Origin: Candidatus Methanophagaceae archaeon
Lineage (GTDB): Archaea; Halobacteriota; Syntropharchaeia; Alkanophagales; Methanospirareceae
Assembly (NCBI GenBank): GCA_003194425.1
Contig: PQXB01000001.1
Coordinates: 130,444-162,443, forward strand
DNA: 32,000 nt
Reading direction: 5' to 3'
Part shown: positions 22,317 through 30,228 of the stretch, in pieces
Numbering within the stretch: the first letter of the stretch is position 1
Layout of the letters: every line of letters begins with the position of its first letter
Notes under the pieces: generated by a model
What the model saw: only the letters and a program-made list of their open reading frames with translations
Database searches by the model: none
What the model was told of the DNA's origin: nothing
Program-made: the position numbers and the translations under genes

Positions 22317-23463
22317 CGTAAATTTCAAAATATTTCTCCGCTGTTTTCTCCCACGAGTACTGCTTCGCCCTTTCCCTGCCACGCCTGCTCAGCTCTGCAC
22401 GAAGTTCAGGCTCACGAAGCAGTCTAGACATTCCTGCGGCTATTTCGTCAGTGCTGTAAGGGTCGACGAGAACCGCAGCGTCGCCCGCTACTTCTGCCGT
22501 GCCCGTGAATTTTGAGGTTACCACAGGCGTTCCTACCTGCATCGCCTCGATCACAGGCAGCCCAAAGCCCTCACAGGGCGAAGGATAAACAAGAAACTTG
22601 GCACGCCGTAAAAGCGTGTCCAACTCCTCGTCAGAAATAAAACCCGTAAAAATCACCCGCTCTTCCATTCCCGTTTTCCTTACGGCAGCGTCACAACGCT
22701 TCTTCATTTTTCTCAAATACGGGTTGTTGGAGTAGTTGCCGGTGATGAGCAGCTTGCCCGCGTACCCTTCCTGACGCACCAGCCTTGAGAAAGCTGAAAT
22801 TAAACGCCCAATGTTCTTCCGCTCGTGAATCCCGCCAACATTAAGAAGAAAGCCGTCGGTCGAGCCGCTGCTCAACTGAAACCGCTCTTCAAGGCTCTTT
22901 TCGGTCGCAGCGCTCGGCGTTGTGGGTCTCCGCAAGCCGTTGGGGACGACCCTGACCTTCTCTGCAGGAACGCCAACCTTCTCCACGATTTCGTGCTTCG
23001 AGAACTCGGAGACCGTTGTTACGACATCGTTCAGGCGGCACGCGAGCCGAGTGCCGGACTTGTAGAGGAGGTGGTTTCGGAAAAAACCCATCGCCTCGCG
23101 GAAAGTGAAAGGAATTACATCGTGAATCGTGAGAACGCACGGGGCTTTCTTGCGGAACGGAAAACTCCAGTTGTACGGAAAATGAACGACCTCCGCACCC
23201 TCTTGCTCGGCAATCTTCTGAATCGTGACAGAATCCAACCAAGCGTTCTTCAGCGACATTGCGTGCGAACGGACGGGCAGAGGACGAGTTGCAACATTTG
23301 GGTCGCTCTCAAAAATCCGCTTCGCCTCTGCGAGCCGGTTTGACTTGCAGAGCAGGACAACTCGGTGCCCCTTCGCGGCGGCATATTTCGTTATTTGGAT
23401 GACTCCCTGCTCCACGCCGCCGACCACGCCGTCAAACTTCCGAAAATCCATCACTATTTTCAT
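22273..23463 (-). CDS. GT4-family glycosyltransferase
   Basis: The start was chosen at MKIVMDF (cat at 23461-23463), 4 nt after the GH130 stop. GGVEQ, the C-terminal EGFGLPVIEAM motif and a SWEKTAEKY tail are present. The 76-aa upstream extension of the ORF overlaps GH130 and is R/S-rich. Confidence 0.85.
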   Translation of the reverse strand: MKIVMDFRKFDGVVGGVEQGVIQITKYAAAKGHRVVLLCKSNRLAEAKRIFESDPNVATRPLPVRSHAMSLKNAWLDSVTIQKIAEQEGAEVVHFPYNWSFPFRKKAPCVLTIHDVIPFTFREAMGFFRNHLLYKSGTRLACRLNDVVTTVSEFSKHEIVEKVGVPAEKVRVVPNGLRRPTTPSAATEKSLEERFQLSSGSTDGFLLNVGGIHERKNIGRLISAFSRLVRQEGYAGKLLITGNYSNNPYLRKMKKRCDAAVRKTGMEERVIFTGFISDEELDTLLRRAKFLVYPSPCEGFGLPVIEAMQVGTPVVTSKFTGTAEVAGDAAVLVDPYSTDEIAAGMSRLLREPELRAELSRRGRERAKQYSWEKTAEKYFEIYDECKRSFKEEAGDG

Positions 23464-23467
23464 CGTT

Positions 23468-24664
23468 TCAAAAACTACCGAGCAGGCTCTCGACGTCCGT
23501 GACCGCCACGCAGACCGACTCGTCCGACGCACCGTAGTACAGAAAAACCTTCCCGTCTCCGTCTTGCTTTCTCTCCTGCTCTCGCTCTCTCTCCCTCTCC
23601 TGTTCCCTCTCTTTCTCCCTCTCCTGTTCCCTCTCTCTCTCCCTCTCCTGCTCTCGCTCCACAACGCCGTTCGAGAAGACGACATTTCCAAAGAAGCCCT
23701 CGGTCTCGTAAGGCTCGGTCGGGGTCAGCAGCGGCACGGAGGCTCGCCTCACTACGCGGAACGGCTCCTCAAGGTCAAGCAGCAGGCAGAAAAGCGAGTA
23801 AGCGTCGTCCGCCCCTTTACCGTGGCAAATTACCAGCCAACCCTCGGAAGTCTTAATCGGCGGTGCTCCCGCCCCTACCCGCTCCGACTCCCAGTTCTCC
23901 TCCTTCCTCTTACTCTCGCGGTCGCGGGTGCGGAGGACGCACTTGTGGTTGCCCCAGTGCAGAAGGTCGGGCGACTCGGCGTACCAAATCGCAGGCTTCC
24001 CGAAGCCCGAATTGTTGGGGCGGTGGAGAGCCACATATTTCCCACCTACTTTCTCTGGAAAGATTGCGACATCCTTGTTCTCGGGGCAGAAAATCAGCCC
24101 CTTCCTCTCGAGGTTCTTGAAATCCTCGGTAACCGCCAACGCAGTCGCCCACGAGTCTTCGGAGACTGCGGTGTAGTTGATGTAGTATTTTCCGTCGATG
24201 AAAGTCACTCGGGCATCCTCTACGCCGTACCTCTCCGCCTCGCACGCGGGGTAAATGAACGGCTCGTCCTCTACGGTAAAATTGACCCCGTCCCTGCTCC
24301 TGGCTACTCGGATGTGGCTCAAGGTCGAGAGGAACTCCCGCCCTTTGTAGGCGACGGCACGAGTGTCTTTCAGCGTCACCGCGGGGTCCGACGCCTTGAA
24401 CTCCAAAATATCCGGGACTGCAGTGCCGTCACCAGTGCCGTCACCAGTGCCGTCTCCGTCGTCCTCAAACCGACAGACTGGCGTGCGGACGTAGCCTTCT
24501 CTGGGTTCGCAGCCCTCCGCGACTCGCACCAGCAGAATAATTTCGTCGCCGAAGTTCACAGCACCCGGATTAAAAGCACCGAGCACCTTGTAGCCGTCTC
24601 TTGTAGGCTTTACATCGCGGGGCTTAATTATCGGGTTGTTTTTATGCCTCACAATCATTTTCAT
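23468..24664 (-). CDS. GH130-family glycoside phosphorylase/hydrolase (beta-mannoside type)
   Basis: 398 aa. NPIIKP, GAFNPGAV, VEDARV, YYINYTAVS, NKDVAIFPEK and YYGASD are typical of GH130. It carries two repeat inserts. Confidence 0.85.
   Translation of the reverse strand: MKMIVRHKNNPIIKPRDVKPTRDGYKVLGAFNPGAVNFGDEIILLVRVAEGCEPREGYVRTPVCRFEDDGDGTGDGTGDGTAVPDILEFKASDPAVTLKDTRAVAYKGREFLSTLSHIRVARSRDGVNFTVEDEPFIYPACEAERYGVEDARVTFIDGKYYINYTAVSEDSWATALAVTEDFKNLERKGLIFCPENKDVAIFPEKVGGKYVALHRPNNSGFGKPAIWYAESPDLLHWGNHKCVLRTRDRESKRKEENWESERVGAGAPPIKTSEGWLVICHGKGADDAYSLFCLLLDLEEPFRVVRRASVPLLTPTEPYETEGFFGNVVFSNGVVEREQEREREREQEREKEREQEREREREQERKQDGDGKVFLYYGASDESVCVAVTDVESLLGSF
23571..23660 (-). repeat. 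About 24-nt tandem repeat x3-4, encoding an E/R/Q/K stretch (EREQEREREREQEREKEREQ...)
   Basis: ctccctctcctgttccctctcttt-type units are visible on the plus strand, in frame in GH130. Confidence 0.9.
24421..24456 (-). repeat. 12-nt tandem repeat x3 (cagtgccgtcac), encoding (DGTG)x3
   Basis: Directly visible, in frame in GH130. Confidence 0.95.
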
Positions 24665-24693
24665 CTAATTTTGATTCTTTTTTATAAAAACGA

Positions 24694-25446
24694 TTACCTC
24701 CTCTTCAAGCCCACACCAGCGAGCAGCCCGAAGAACAGCCCTGCCAAATGCGCCGTAAACGCAATCGGGTAGGCAGAGCCAATCATTAAGAAATTGAGCA
24801 CCGCAAAAAGAATAACTACCATCCACATCTCCAACGGCACCGGCAACGGAAAAATATACATCCGCATCCTCGGCATCAGCACCGCAAGCGCTCCGAAAAC
24901 GCCGTACAACGCTCCGCTCGCTCCAAGCGACGGGTTAATCGCGGTTAGACCGTACACAAGCCCTGCAAAGATTCCCGAGCCGAAGAAGACGAGCAGGAAC
25001 TTTGAACTGCCGATTTTTCGCTCCAGCACCGGCCCGAAGAAGACCAAAAAAAACATGTTGAAGAAAAGGTGCCAGAGACCGCCGTGTAGGAAAACGTGCG
25101 TTACCAGCGTCCAGGGTCGCTCTGAAATGTGTGCTGGCATCAAAACCAACTGCCTCTCGTAGCCCGGAACGAGTAGTTGCAGAGCGAAAGAGGCGGAAAT
25201 GAGGAGCAGGAGCAGGTAAGAGTAGTTGTGAGAAAAAACGCCAAAATTCGTGCCAAAGTTCTTTCGAATTTCTTTTTTGTTTTCTTTTCTGCGTACCTCA
25301 TCAAACCCAGACCCGACGCACCAGTGCTTCTCGGGTGGCAGGTGCTCCTCGCAGAGGCTGTCGCCGCAGTATTTGCATTTCTGGGTCGCGGGTCTGCCGC
25401 AGACCGTGCACCGTGCTCGTGTTGCTCGTGTCGTCGTGCGTACCAT
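24694..25446 (-). CDS. Rhomboid intramembrane serine protease with N-terminal AN1-type zinc finger
   Basis: 250 aa. CTVC-x7-CKYC-x4-CEEH-x5-HWC fits the AN1 spacing. Rhomboid motifs are HVFLHGGLWHLFFN and GASGALYG, with a catalytic His near AHLAG. Confidence 0.85.
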   Translation of the reverse strand: MVRTTTRATRARCTVCGRPATQKCKYCGDSLCEEHLPPEKHWCVGSGFDEVRRKENKKEIRKNFGTNFGVFSHNYSYLLLLLISASFALQLLVPGYERQLVLMPAHISERPWTLVTHVFLHGGLWHLFFNMFFLVFFGPVLERKIGSSKFLLVFFGSGIFAGLVYGLTAINPSLGASGALYGVFGALAVLMPRMRMYIFPLPVPLEMWMVVILFAVLNFLMIGSAYPIAFTAHLAGLFFGLLAGVGLKRR

Positions 25447-25473
25447 TTTATTTTAAAAAGGGTAGTTTTTTAT

Positions 25474-26745
25474 TTAAACCTTGACCTCGCCCACCAAATA
25501 ACCGCTCCTCGCCTCCGCTACCCGCACCTTACAAGTAGCACCGAGTGCAGGAGGCGGTTCCGACTTTACCACGACCGTCCTGTACAAAGCGTCTCTTGCA
25601 ACTACGCCCCCTCTCTTTCCCTTCTCGGTCACTAAAACCCGCAGCACCGTTCCCTCTAATTCTTTGTTCTTTGCGAGTGCAAGCCTGCGACACGCTGCGG
25701 AGAAAATTCTCGACCGCCGCTTCTTCTCCCGCTCAAGCAAGTCCTTCAGCCCCGCCGCTTCTGTCCCTGGTCTCGGCGAGAACCTCGTCACGTTCACCCT
25801 CTCCGGCTTCACCGCCCCCAACAAATCCAGCGACGCAACAAAATCCGCCTCGGTCTCAGTGGGGAAACCAACGATGAAATCCGTACACACAGTGCAGTCT
25901 TCAAACCGCCTCCTTATGCTTTTCACAATTTCAACGAAGTCCGCAGCCTTGTAGTTCCGCCGCATTTCGCCCAGCACCTTGTCCGACCCCGACTGCACAG
26001 GGAGGTGAAAGAACTTGAAGACCTTCTCGGAGTCAAACGCTTCAAGCAGGTCGTCCAGAATGCGAGCCACCGAAAACGGGTTCATCATTCCCACGCGAAT
26101 TCTAAAATCGCCTGCCACCTCCACAGTGGCTACCCGCTCCAGCAACTCAGGAAGTCTTGTCCTCGATCCCACGCCTGCACAACCTTCTCTCCGGTCGTAG
26201 CCGTAGGCACTGCAGTCCTGCGAAGTAATTCTTATTTCTCTCGCACCCCTCGCCACCGCGCTTCGCACCGCTTCGCAGACCTCCTCAGGCTTGCGGCTTC
26301 TCAGCTCCCCCCTCGCCCGCTTTACGATGCAGTAGGAGCAGTTTCCGAGGCAGCCTGTTGAGATTGGAATTACTGCAACCACACCGTCAAACTCAAGTGG
26401 CACTTCAACTTCAAAATCAAAAAGGTCCCGAGGTGTTATCATTTTTACATTCTCTCCCAAAACACTCCTCACTAACTCAGGCTGTGCCGCCGCAATGCAG
26501 CCCGCCACGACAACCTCTTTTCCCTGACCCCGCTCTTTCAACGCCTTCAACGCCTCCAACTCCCTCAACCGCTTTAAGACATTCAATTCCGTCCTCTTCG
26601 TTACGGTGCAAGTATTCACGACGACAACATCGGCTTCTTCGGCTCCCCCCACCAGCTCGTGCCCCGAGTTTTTAAAAATCGCCCTCATTTTCATCTCGTC
26701 GCCGACATTCGCGGTGCAGCCGAAGGTCTCGATGTGAAATTTCAT
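25474..26745 (-). CDS. MiaB/MtaB-like radical-SAM tRNA methylthiotransferase
   Basis: 423 aa. It has an N-terminal UPF0004 domain (ETFGCTANVGD, VVNTCTV), a radical-SAM CxxxCxxC motif (GCLGNCSYC) and a C-terminal TRAM-like domain. Confidence 0.85.
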   Translation of the reverse strand: MKFHIETFGCTANVGDEMKMRAIFKNSGHELVGGAEEADVVVVNTCTVTKRTELNVLKRLRELEALKALKERGQGKEVVVAGCIAAAQPELVRSVLGENVKMITPRDLFDFEVEVPLEFDGVVAVIPISTGCLGNCSYCIVKRARGELRSRKPEEVCEAVRSAVARGAREIRITSQDCSAYGYDRREGCAGVGSRTRLPELLERVATVEVAGDFRIRVGMMNPFSVARILDDLLEAFDSEKVFKFFHLPVQSGSDKVLGEMRRNYKAADFVEIVKSIRRRFEDCTVCTDFIVGFPTETEADFVASLDLLGAVKPERVNVTRFSPRPGTEAAGLKDLLEREKKRRSRIFSAACRRLALAKNKELEGTVLRVLVTEKGKRGGVVARDALYRTVVVKSEPPPALGATCKVRVAEARSGYLVGEVKV

Positions 26746-26765
26746 CTTTTAACTTTGAGAAAGGG

Positions 26766-26794
26766 GTAAAGGATAAAAGAGTAAAGGATAAAAA
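26766..26794. promoter_or_regulatory. Tandemly duplicated A/T-rich 14-15-mer (gtaaaggataaaa x2) in a divergent promoter region
   Basis: Copies start at 26766 and 26781, between the divergent starts at 26745 (minus strand) and 26805 (plus strand). On the minus strand it reads ttttatcc (TATA-like). Confidence 0.25.
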
Positions 26795-26804
26795 GAGGAG
26801 AGGA

Positions 26805-27929
26805 ATGACCCAGACGACGAGACGGAAAATTGAGCAGCTCCGAATCTGTGCAGAGCAGGAGGTGGAGGCAGAGGAGGCTACGAGCTGCTTTGCAGACGTT
26901 AGGCTCGTTCACGTCGCACTACCGGAGATTGACAAGGAGGAAATTGAACTGAAGACCGAGTTCTTGGGCTTCTCGCTCAACTACCCAATAATGATTGCCT
27001 CGATGACCGGCGGGCATCCAGAGACGAAAAGAATAAACGCCGTGCTTGCAGAAGCCGCGGAAACGCTTAGCGTTGGCATTGGCGTTGGCTCGCAGCGGGC
27101 GGCGTTGGAAGGAGTAGGAAGTCAAGAGGACTCTTTCCGTGTGGTTCGGGACACTGCACCCAACGCGTTTGTTTACGCGAACTTGGGTGCTCCGCAGTTG
27201 AAGGAGTTTGGGGTTGCGGGTGTAGAGCGGGTTATTGAAATGGTCGACGCGGACGCAGTCGCAATTCACCTCAACTTCTTGCAGGAGGCGATTCAGCACG
27301 AGGGGGACGTGGACGCAGGGGGGTGTTTGGCGGCGATAAAAGAGGTCTGCGAGGCGGTAAAGAAGCCCGTAATCGCGAAGGAGACGGGTGCGGGGATTAG
27401 TTACGGGGTTGCGAAGAAGTTGCACGAGGCTGGTGTAGCCGCGATTGATGTGGGCGGTTGGGGCGGCACGAGCTTGGCTGCTGCCGAGATTTACCGTGCT
27501 AAAGCTGAAGGAGACGAGTTGAGCGAGCATTTGGGGCGACTCTTCGGCTGGGACTGGGGCATTCCAACAGTGGAGAGCATTTTGGAGTGCTGTGCGGCGC
27601 TCTCTGCTCCTGCTCCCGTTCCCGTTTCTACCCCGGTTCCCGTGGTCGCGACTGGCGGAATTCGAACTGGACTTGACGCTGCGAAGAGCATCGCTCTTGG
27701 TGCGAGTCTCTGCAGTGCTGCTCTGCCGTTCCTGAAGCCTGCGATGAAAAGTGTGGAGGAAGTGGTGAAAAAAATAACCGAAATGGGCGAGGAGTTGAAG
27801 GTTGCAATGTTTTTAACGGGCTGCAGGACTACGGCGGAACTGAAGGGAGCGGAGGTTGTTCTGACAGGGAAGGCGAGAGAGACGGCAGAGCAGCGAGGGT
27901 TTTTACGCTCTCTTCTCCGCAGTCCGTAG
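26805..27929 (+). CDS. fni: Type-2 isopentenyl-diphosphate delta-isomerase (FMN-dependent)
   Basis: 374 aa. RKIEQLRI, PIMIASMTGG, GVGSQR, AKETGAG and VATGGIRTG are present. It has an APAPVPVSTPVPV insert. Confidence 0.9.
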   Translation: MTQTTRRKIEQLRICAEQEVEAEEATSCFADVRLVHVALPEIDKEEIELKTEFLGFSLNYPIMIASMTGGHPETKRINAVLAEAAETLSVGIGVGSQRAALEGVGSQEDSFRVVRDTAPNAFVYANLGAPQLKEFGVAGVERVIEMVDADAVAIHLNFLQEAIQHEGDVDAGGCLAAIKEVCEAVKKPVIAKETGAGISYGVAKKLHEAGVAAIDVGGWGGTSLAAAEIYRAKAEGDELSEHLGRLFGWDWGIPTVESILECCAALSAPAPVPVSTPVPVVATGGIRTGLDAAKSIALGASLCSAALPFLKPAMKSVEEVVKKITEMGEELKVAMFLTGCRTTAELKGAEVVLTGKARETAEQRGFLRSLLRSP

Positions 27930-28016
27930 ACACTTTTTTAGGCGGGAAGCCCAAATAGTTACCGCCTCATTGAATATTCAACAAAGCACTTAATTTCTAA
28001 ATGCTTATTAAATTTA

Positions 28017-28793
28017 ATGACCTTAGAGATAAAAGGCGTGGACGCGTACTACGGCAGCGTGAAAGTGCTGGAAGGAGTGGATTTCAAAGCACAGCAGGGC
28101 GAATTTCTGGGCGTCGTCGGTCCGAACGGCTCTGGCAAGACGACGCTGCTGCGGGCGGTTAGTCGGATTCTGAAGCCGCGGGTGGGAACGGTCTTGTTAA
28201 ATGGGTCGAATGTGCTTGAAATGAAGGACAAAGAGTTCTCGAGAAACTTCGCCGCAGTCCCGCAGGACACGACCATAAATTTCGAGTTCTCGGCTCTCGA
28301 CATCGTGCTGATGGGCAGGAATCCGCATTTGGGCAGGTTAGAACTGGAGAGCGAGCGGGACATTGAAATTGCGAGGCGGTCGATGAAACTCACCAACTGC
28401 TGGCACCTTGCTGAACGCCCGGTTACAGAATTGAGCGGTGGTGAGCGGCAGCTTGTCATAATCGCGAGAGCACTCACGCAGCAGCCAAAAGTCCTCCTCC
28501 TCGACGAGCCCACCTCGCACCTCGACATCAACTACCAAATAGAAATAATGCAACTTCTGAGGCGGCTGACTTTGGACGAGGGTTTAATTGTGGTTGCGGT
28601 AATTCACGACCTCAATTTAGCTGCTATCTTCTGCGACCGCCTGGCGCTGCTGCACAAGGGTAGAATCGCTGCTCTTGGCACGCAAGAAGAAGTCTTAACC
28701 GCGGAAAACATCAAAAGAATCTTCGGTGCGAATGTGGTTGTCAGTAGGCTCCCCCAGACCAACCAGTGCTACATTTTACCTGCTAAAACATAA
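28017..28793 (+). CDS. ABC transporter ATP-binding protein (BtuD/FepC/FhuC iron-siderophore/cobalamin type)
   Basis: 258 aa. Walker A GPNGSGKTT, signature LSGGERQ, Walker B LLLDEPTSHLD and H-loop IHDL are present. Confidence 0.85.
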   Translation: MTLEIKGVDAYYGSVKVLEGVDFKAQQGEFLGVVGPNGSGKTTLLRAVSRILKPRVGTVLLNGSNVLEMKDKEFSRNFAAVPQDTTINFEFSALDIVLMGRNPHLGRLELESERDIEIARRSMKLTNCWHLAERPVTELSGGERQLVIIARALTQQPKVLLLDEPTSHLDINYQIEIMQLLRRLTLDEGLIVVAVIHDLNLAAIFCDRLALLHKGRIAALGTQEEVLTAENIKRIFGANVVVSRLPQTNQCYILPAKT

Positions 28794-28802
28794 AAAATAA
28801 AA

Positions 28803-28826
28803 GGGGGATAAAAAACAAAATCCCCT
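28803..28826. terminator. Short hairpin flanked by T-runs on both strands between convergent genes
   Basis: gggga (28804-28808) pairs with tcccc (28821-28825). T-rich runs follow on the plus strand, and tttatttttt follows on the minus strand. Confidence 0.35.
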
Positions 28827-28866
28827 CATTGCTTTTCTTTTTCTCTCTTTTTCTTTTTTTTCTTTT

Positions 28867-29841
28867 TCACGCGCCCATTTTCAGAATCGGGTGCGGTTCC
28901 ATCGCCTCGATCTCGTGCTCTGCCTTGTTCGCCTCAGAGACAATCATATCCGCCATTCCAACCAGCGGGAAGACCTTCGGTGCGTTCTCAATCGGTCCGT
29001 AGAGCACGAAATCCTGCCCAGCGATTACAGGAATAATATTTGAGGCAATGTCGCAGATGCTGTGGACGTCTGCGCCCAGACCTTCCCAGCCGCCCGGTCC
29101 TTTCGTCGCGTGCTCCTTCCTGAAAGTCTTCAGCCAAGTCCAAGCCGAGGGTGCGTTGTGAATGCCCAGACCCACTGAAATGCCGAACTTCGATTTAATG
29201 ACGAAGCCCGAGGCGACCGCAGAGCCGACGCCTGCCCCGATTGGCAGTGTAGCGGGGTCGCACATCTGTTTCGTCACGCCCATATCCCGCGCAAGCTGAA
29301 CCAACCCCTTCTCAAAGGTGCCTGCTCCTGTCTCCAACAAGTCAATCTTCCCTGCTACCGTCGAATCTTTTGGATTGAACGCTAAGATAATCGCTGCTTC
29401 CAGTCTAGACTCTCTGATTACTTCCAGCTCCTCTGGCGAACACGAGACGTTTATTGAGTTGTAGACTGCCCTGTCAATCAGCCCCACCTCGTCAACGTAC
29501 TTCAGCCCCGCAACCTTCGCCTCCGCAACCGTCGAGTCAATCAAGAAAGGCGAGTCACTTTTCTCTGCGCAGAACTCGATCTCTTTCTCCATTGCCTCCG
29601 GCGATTCTGAAAATATCTGCATCATGCACGGGTTCCCTGTTAAATCCGAGAACTCGTCCTGCTTGTTTAACACATCTTCCGCTGCTTTCTTGTCAAATAT
29701 CCCCTTCTCCGCGTCCTCTACCAAGTAATGCTTTGCGTAGAATATCGTGCCACAAAGAACCGTCGCGCACTCGCCTGGCTGTCCCCCGACTTTCGTTCCT
29801 CCAATTTCATAAATATCCTGCTTCCTGTCAAATACATACAT
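28867..29841 (-). CDS. mtrH: Tetrahydromethanopterin S-methyltransferase subunit H
   Basis: 324 aa. FDRKQDIYEIGGTKVGGQPGE and the operon position after mtrG support the call. Confidence 0.95.
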   Translation of the reverse strand: MYVFDRKQDIYEIGGTKVGGQPGECATVLCGTIFYAKHYLVEDAEKGIFDKKAAEDVLNKQDEFSDLTGNPCMMQIFSESPEAMEKEIEFCAEKSDSPFLIDSTVAEAKVAGLKYVDEVGLIDRAVYNSINVSCSPEELEVIRESRLEAAIILAFNPKDSTVAGKIDLLETGAGTFEKGLVQLARDMGVTKQMCDPATLPIGAGVGSAVASGFVIKSKFGISVGLGIHNAPSAWTWLKTFRKEHATKGPGGWEGLGADVHSICDIASNIIPVIAGQDFVLYGPIENAPKVFPLVGMADMIVSEANKAEHEIEAMEPHPILKMGA

Positions 29842-29940
29842 TTTTCTTCTGTCCTCCTTTTTCTCTCTCCTTTCCTTTTTCCTTTCTCTCTCCTTTCCCT
29901 TTTCTCCTTTCTCCTCTGCTCTCCCTCCTTCTCCTGTTTT

Positions 29941-30228
29941 TTATCCTCCTATCAGGAAAATCACATACACAAGAATCCCTACAATCAGCCCGTATAAAAT
30001 GCCGATTGCGAAGCCCATCTTCTCGCCCTGTCTCTGCGCCAGCTCGCCCATCACGAACTCCACCTTCTCGTCCATCGCTGTCAACCTGCCCTGTAGTTTC
30101 GTGTGCTCTGGCGGTGTAATCGCGACCGGAACCGCTAACTCCTTCAGCTCCTCCTCCAGCTTCTCCAGCACCTCTGTCTCTACTTCTTTCTCTATCTTCT
30201 CCTCTCCTCCTTTTGATTTTTCGCTCAT
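29941..30228 (-). CDS. mtrG: Tetrahydromethanopterin S-methyltransferase subunit G
   Basis: 95 aa. RLTAMDEKVEFVMGELAQRQGEKMGFAIGILYG plus a C-terminal TM helix. Confidence 0.85.
   Translation of the reverse strand: MSEKSKGGEEKIEKEVETEVLEKLEEELKELAVPVAITPPEHTKLQGRLTAMDEKVEFVMGELAQRQGEKMGFAIGILYGLIVGILVYVIFLIGG

Noticed and set aside
23464-23691. 76-aa N-terminal extension of the GT4 ORF; similarly 22317-22382 for trpC
   Set aside because: The extension overlaps the GH130 C-terminus and consists of R/S/G low complexity read from the E/R repeat in another frame. MKIVMDF aligns with typical GT4 N-termini and starts 4 nt after the GH130 stop.
23225-24772. 515-aa plus-strand ORF, the longest in the track
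   Set aside because: It is antisense to the well-supported GH130 and GT4 genes. Its composition is P/S/L/R-rich and shadow-like with no recognisable motifs. Long antisense ORFs are expected in GC-rich, purine-skewed coding DNA. The same reasoning applies to 1507-2322, 3299-4063, 5269-5895, 7538-8233, 9594-10367, 10485-11084, 11537-12052, 26919-27530, 28049-28531 and 29454-30119.
24694-25446. Rhomboid protease as a rhombosortase-like processing enzyme for the CTERM cargo at 14042-14746
   Set aside because: The cargo tail lacks a GlyGly-type motif. The genes are 10 kb apart in different transcription units. As I recall, AN1-rhomboid fusions are general archaeal housekeeping proteins. There is no sequence evidence for a link.
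27930-28016. Cobalamin riboswitch upstream of the BtuD-like ATPase
   Set aside because: Only 87 nt are available, far shorter than a cobalamin riboswitch, and no B12-box-like sequence is seen.
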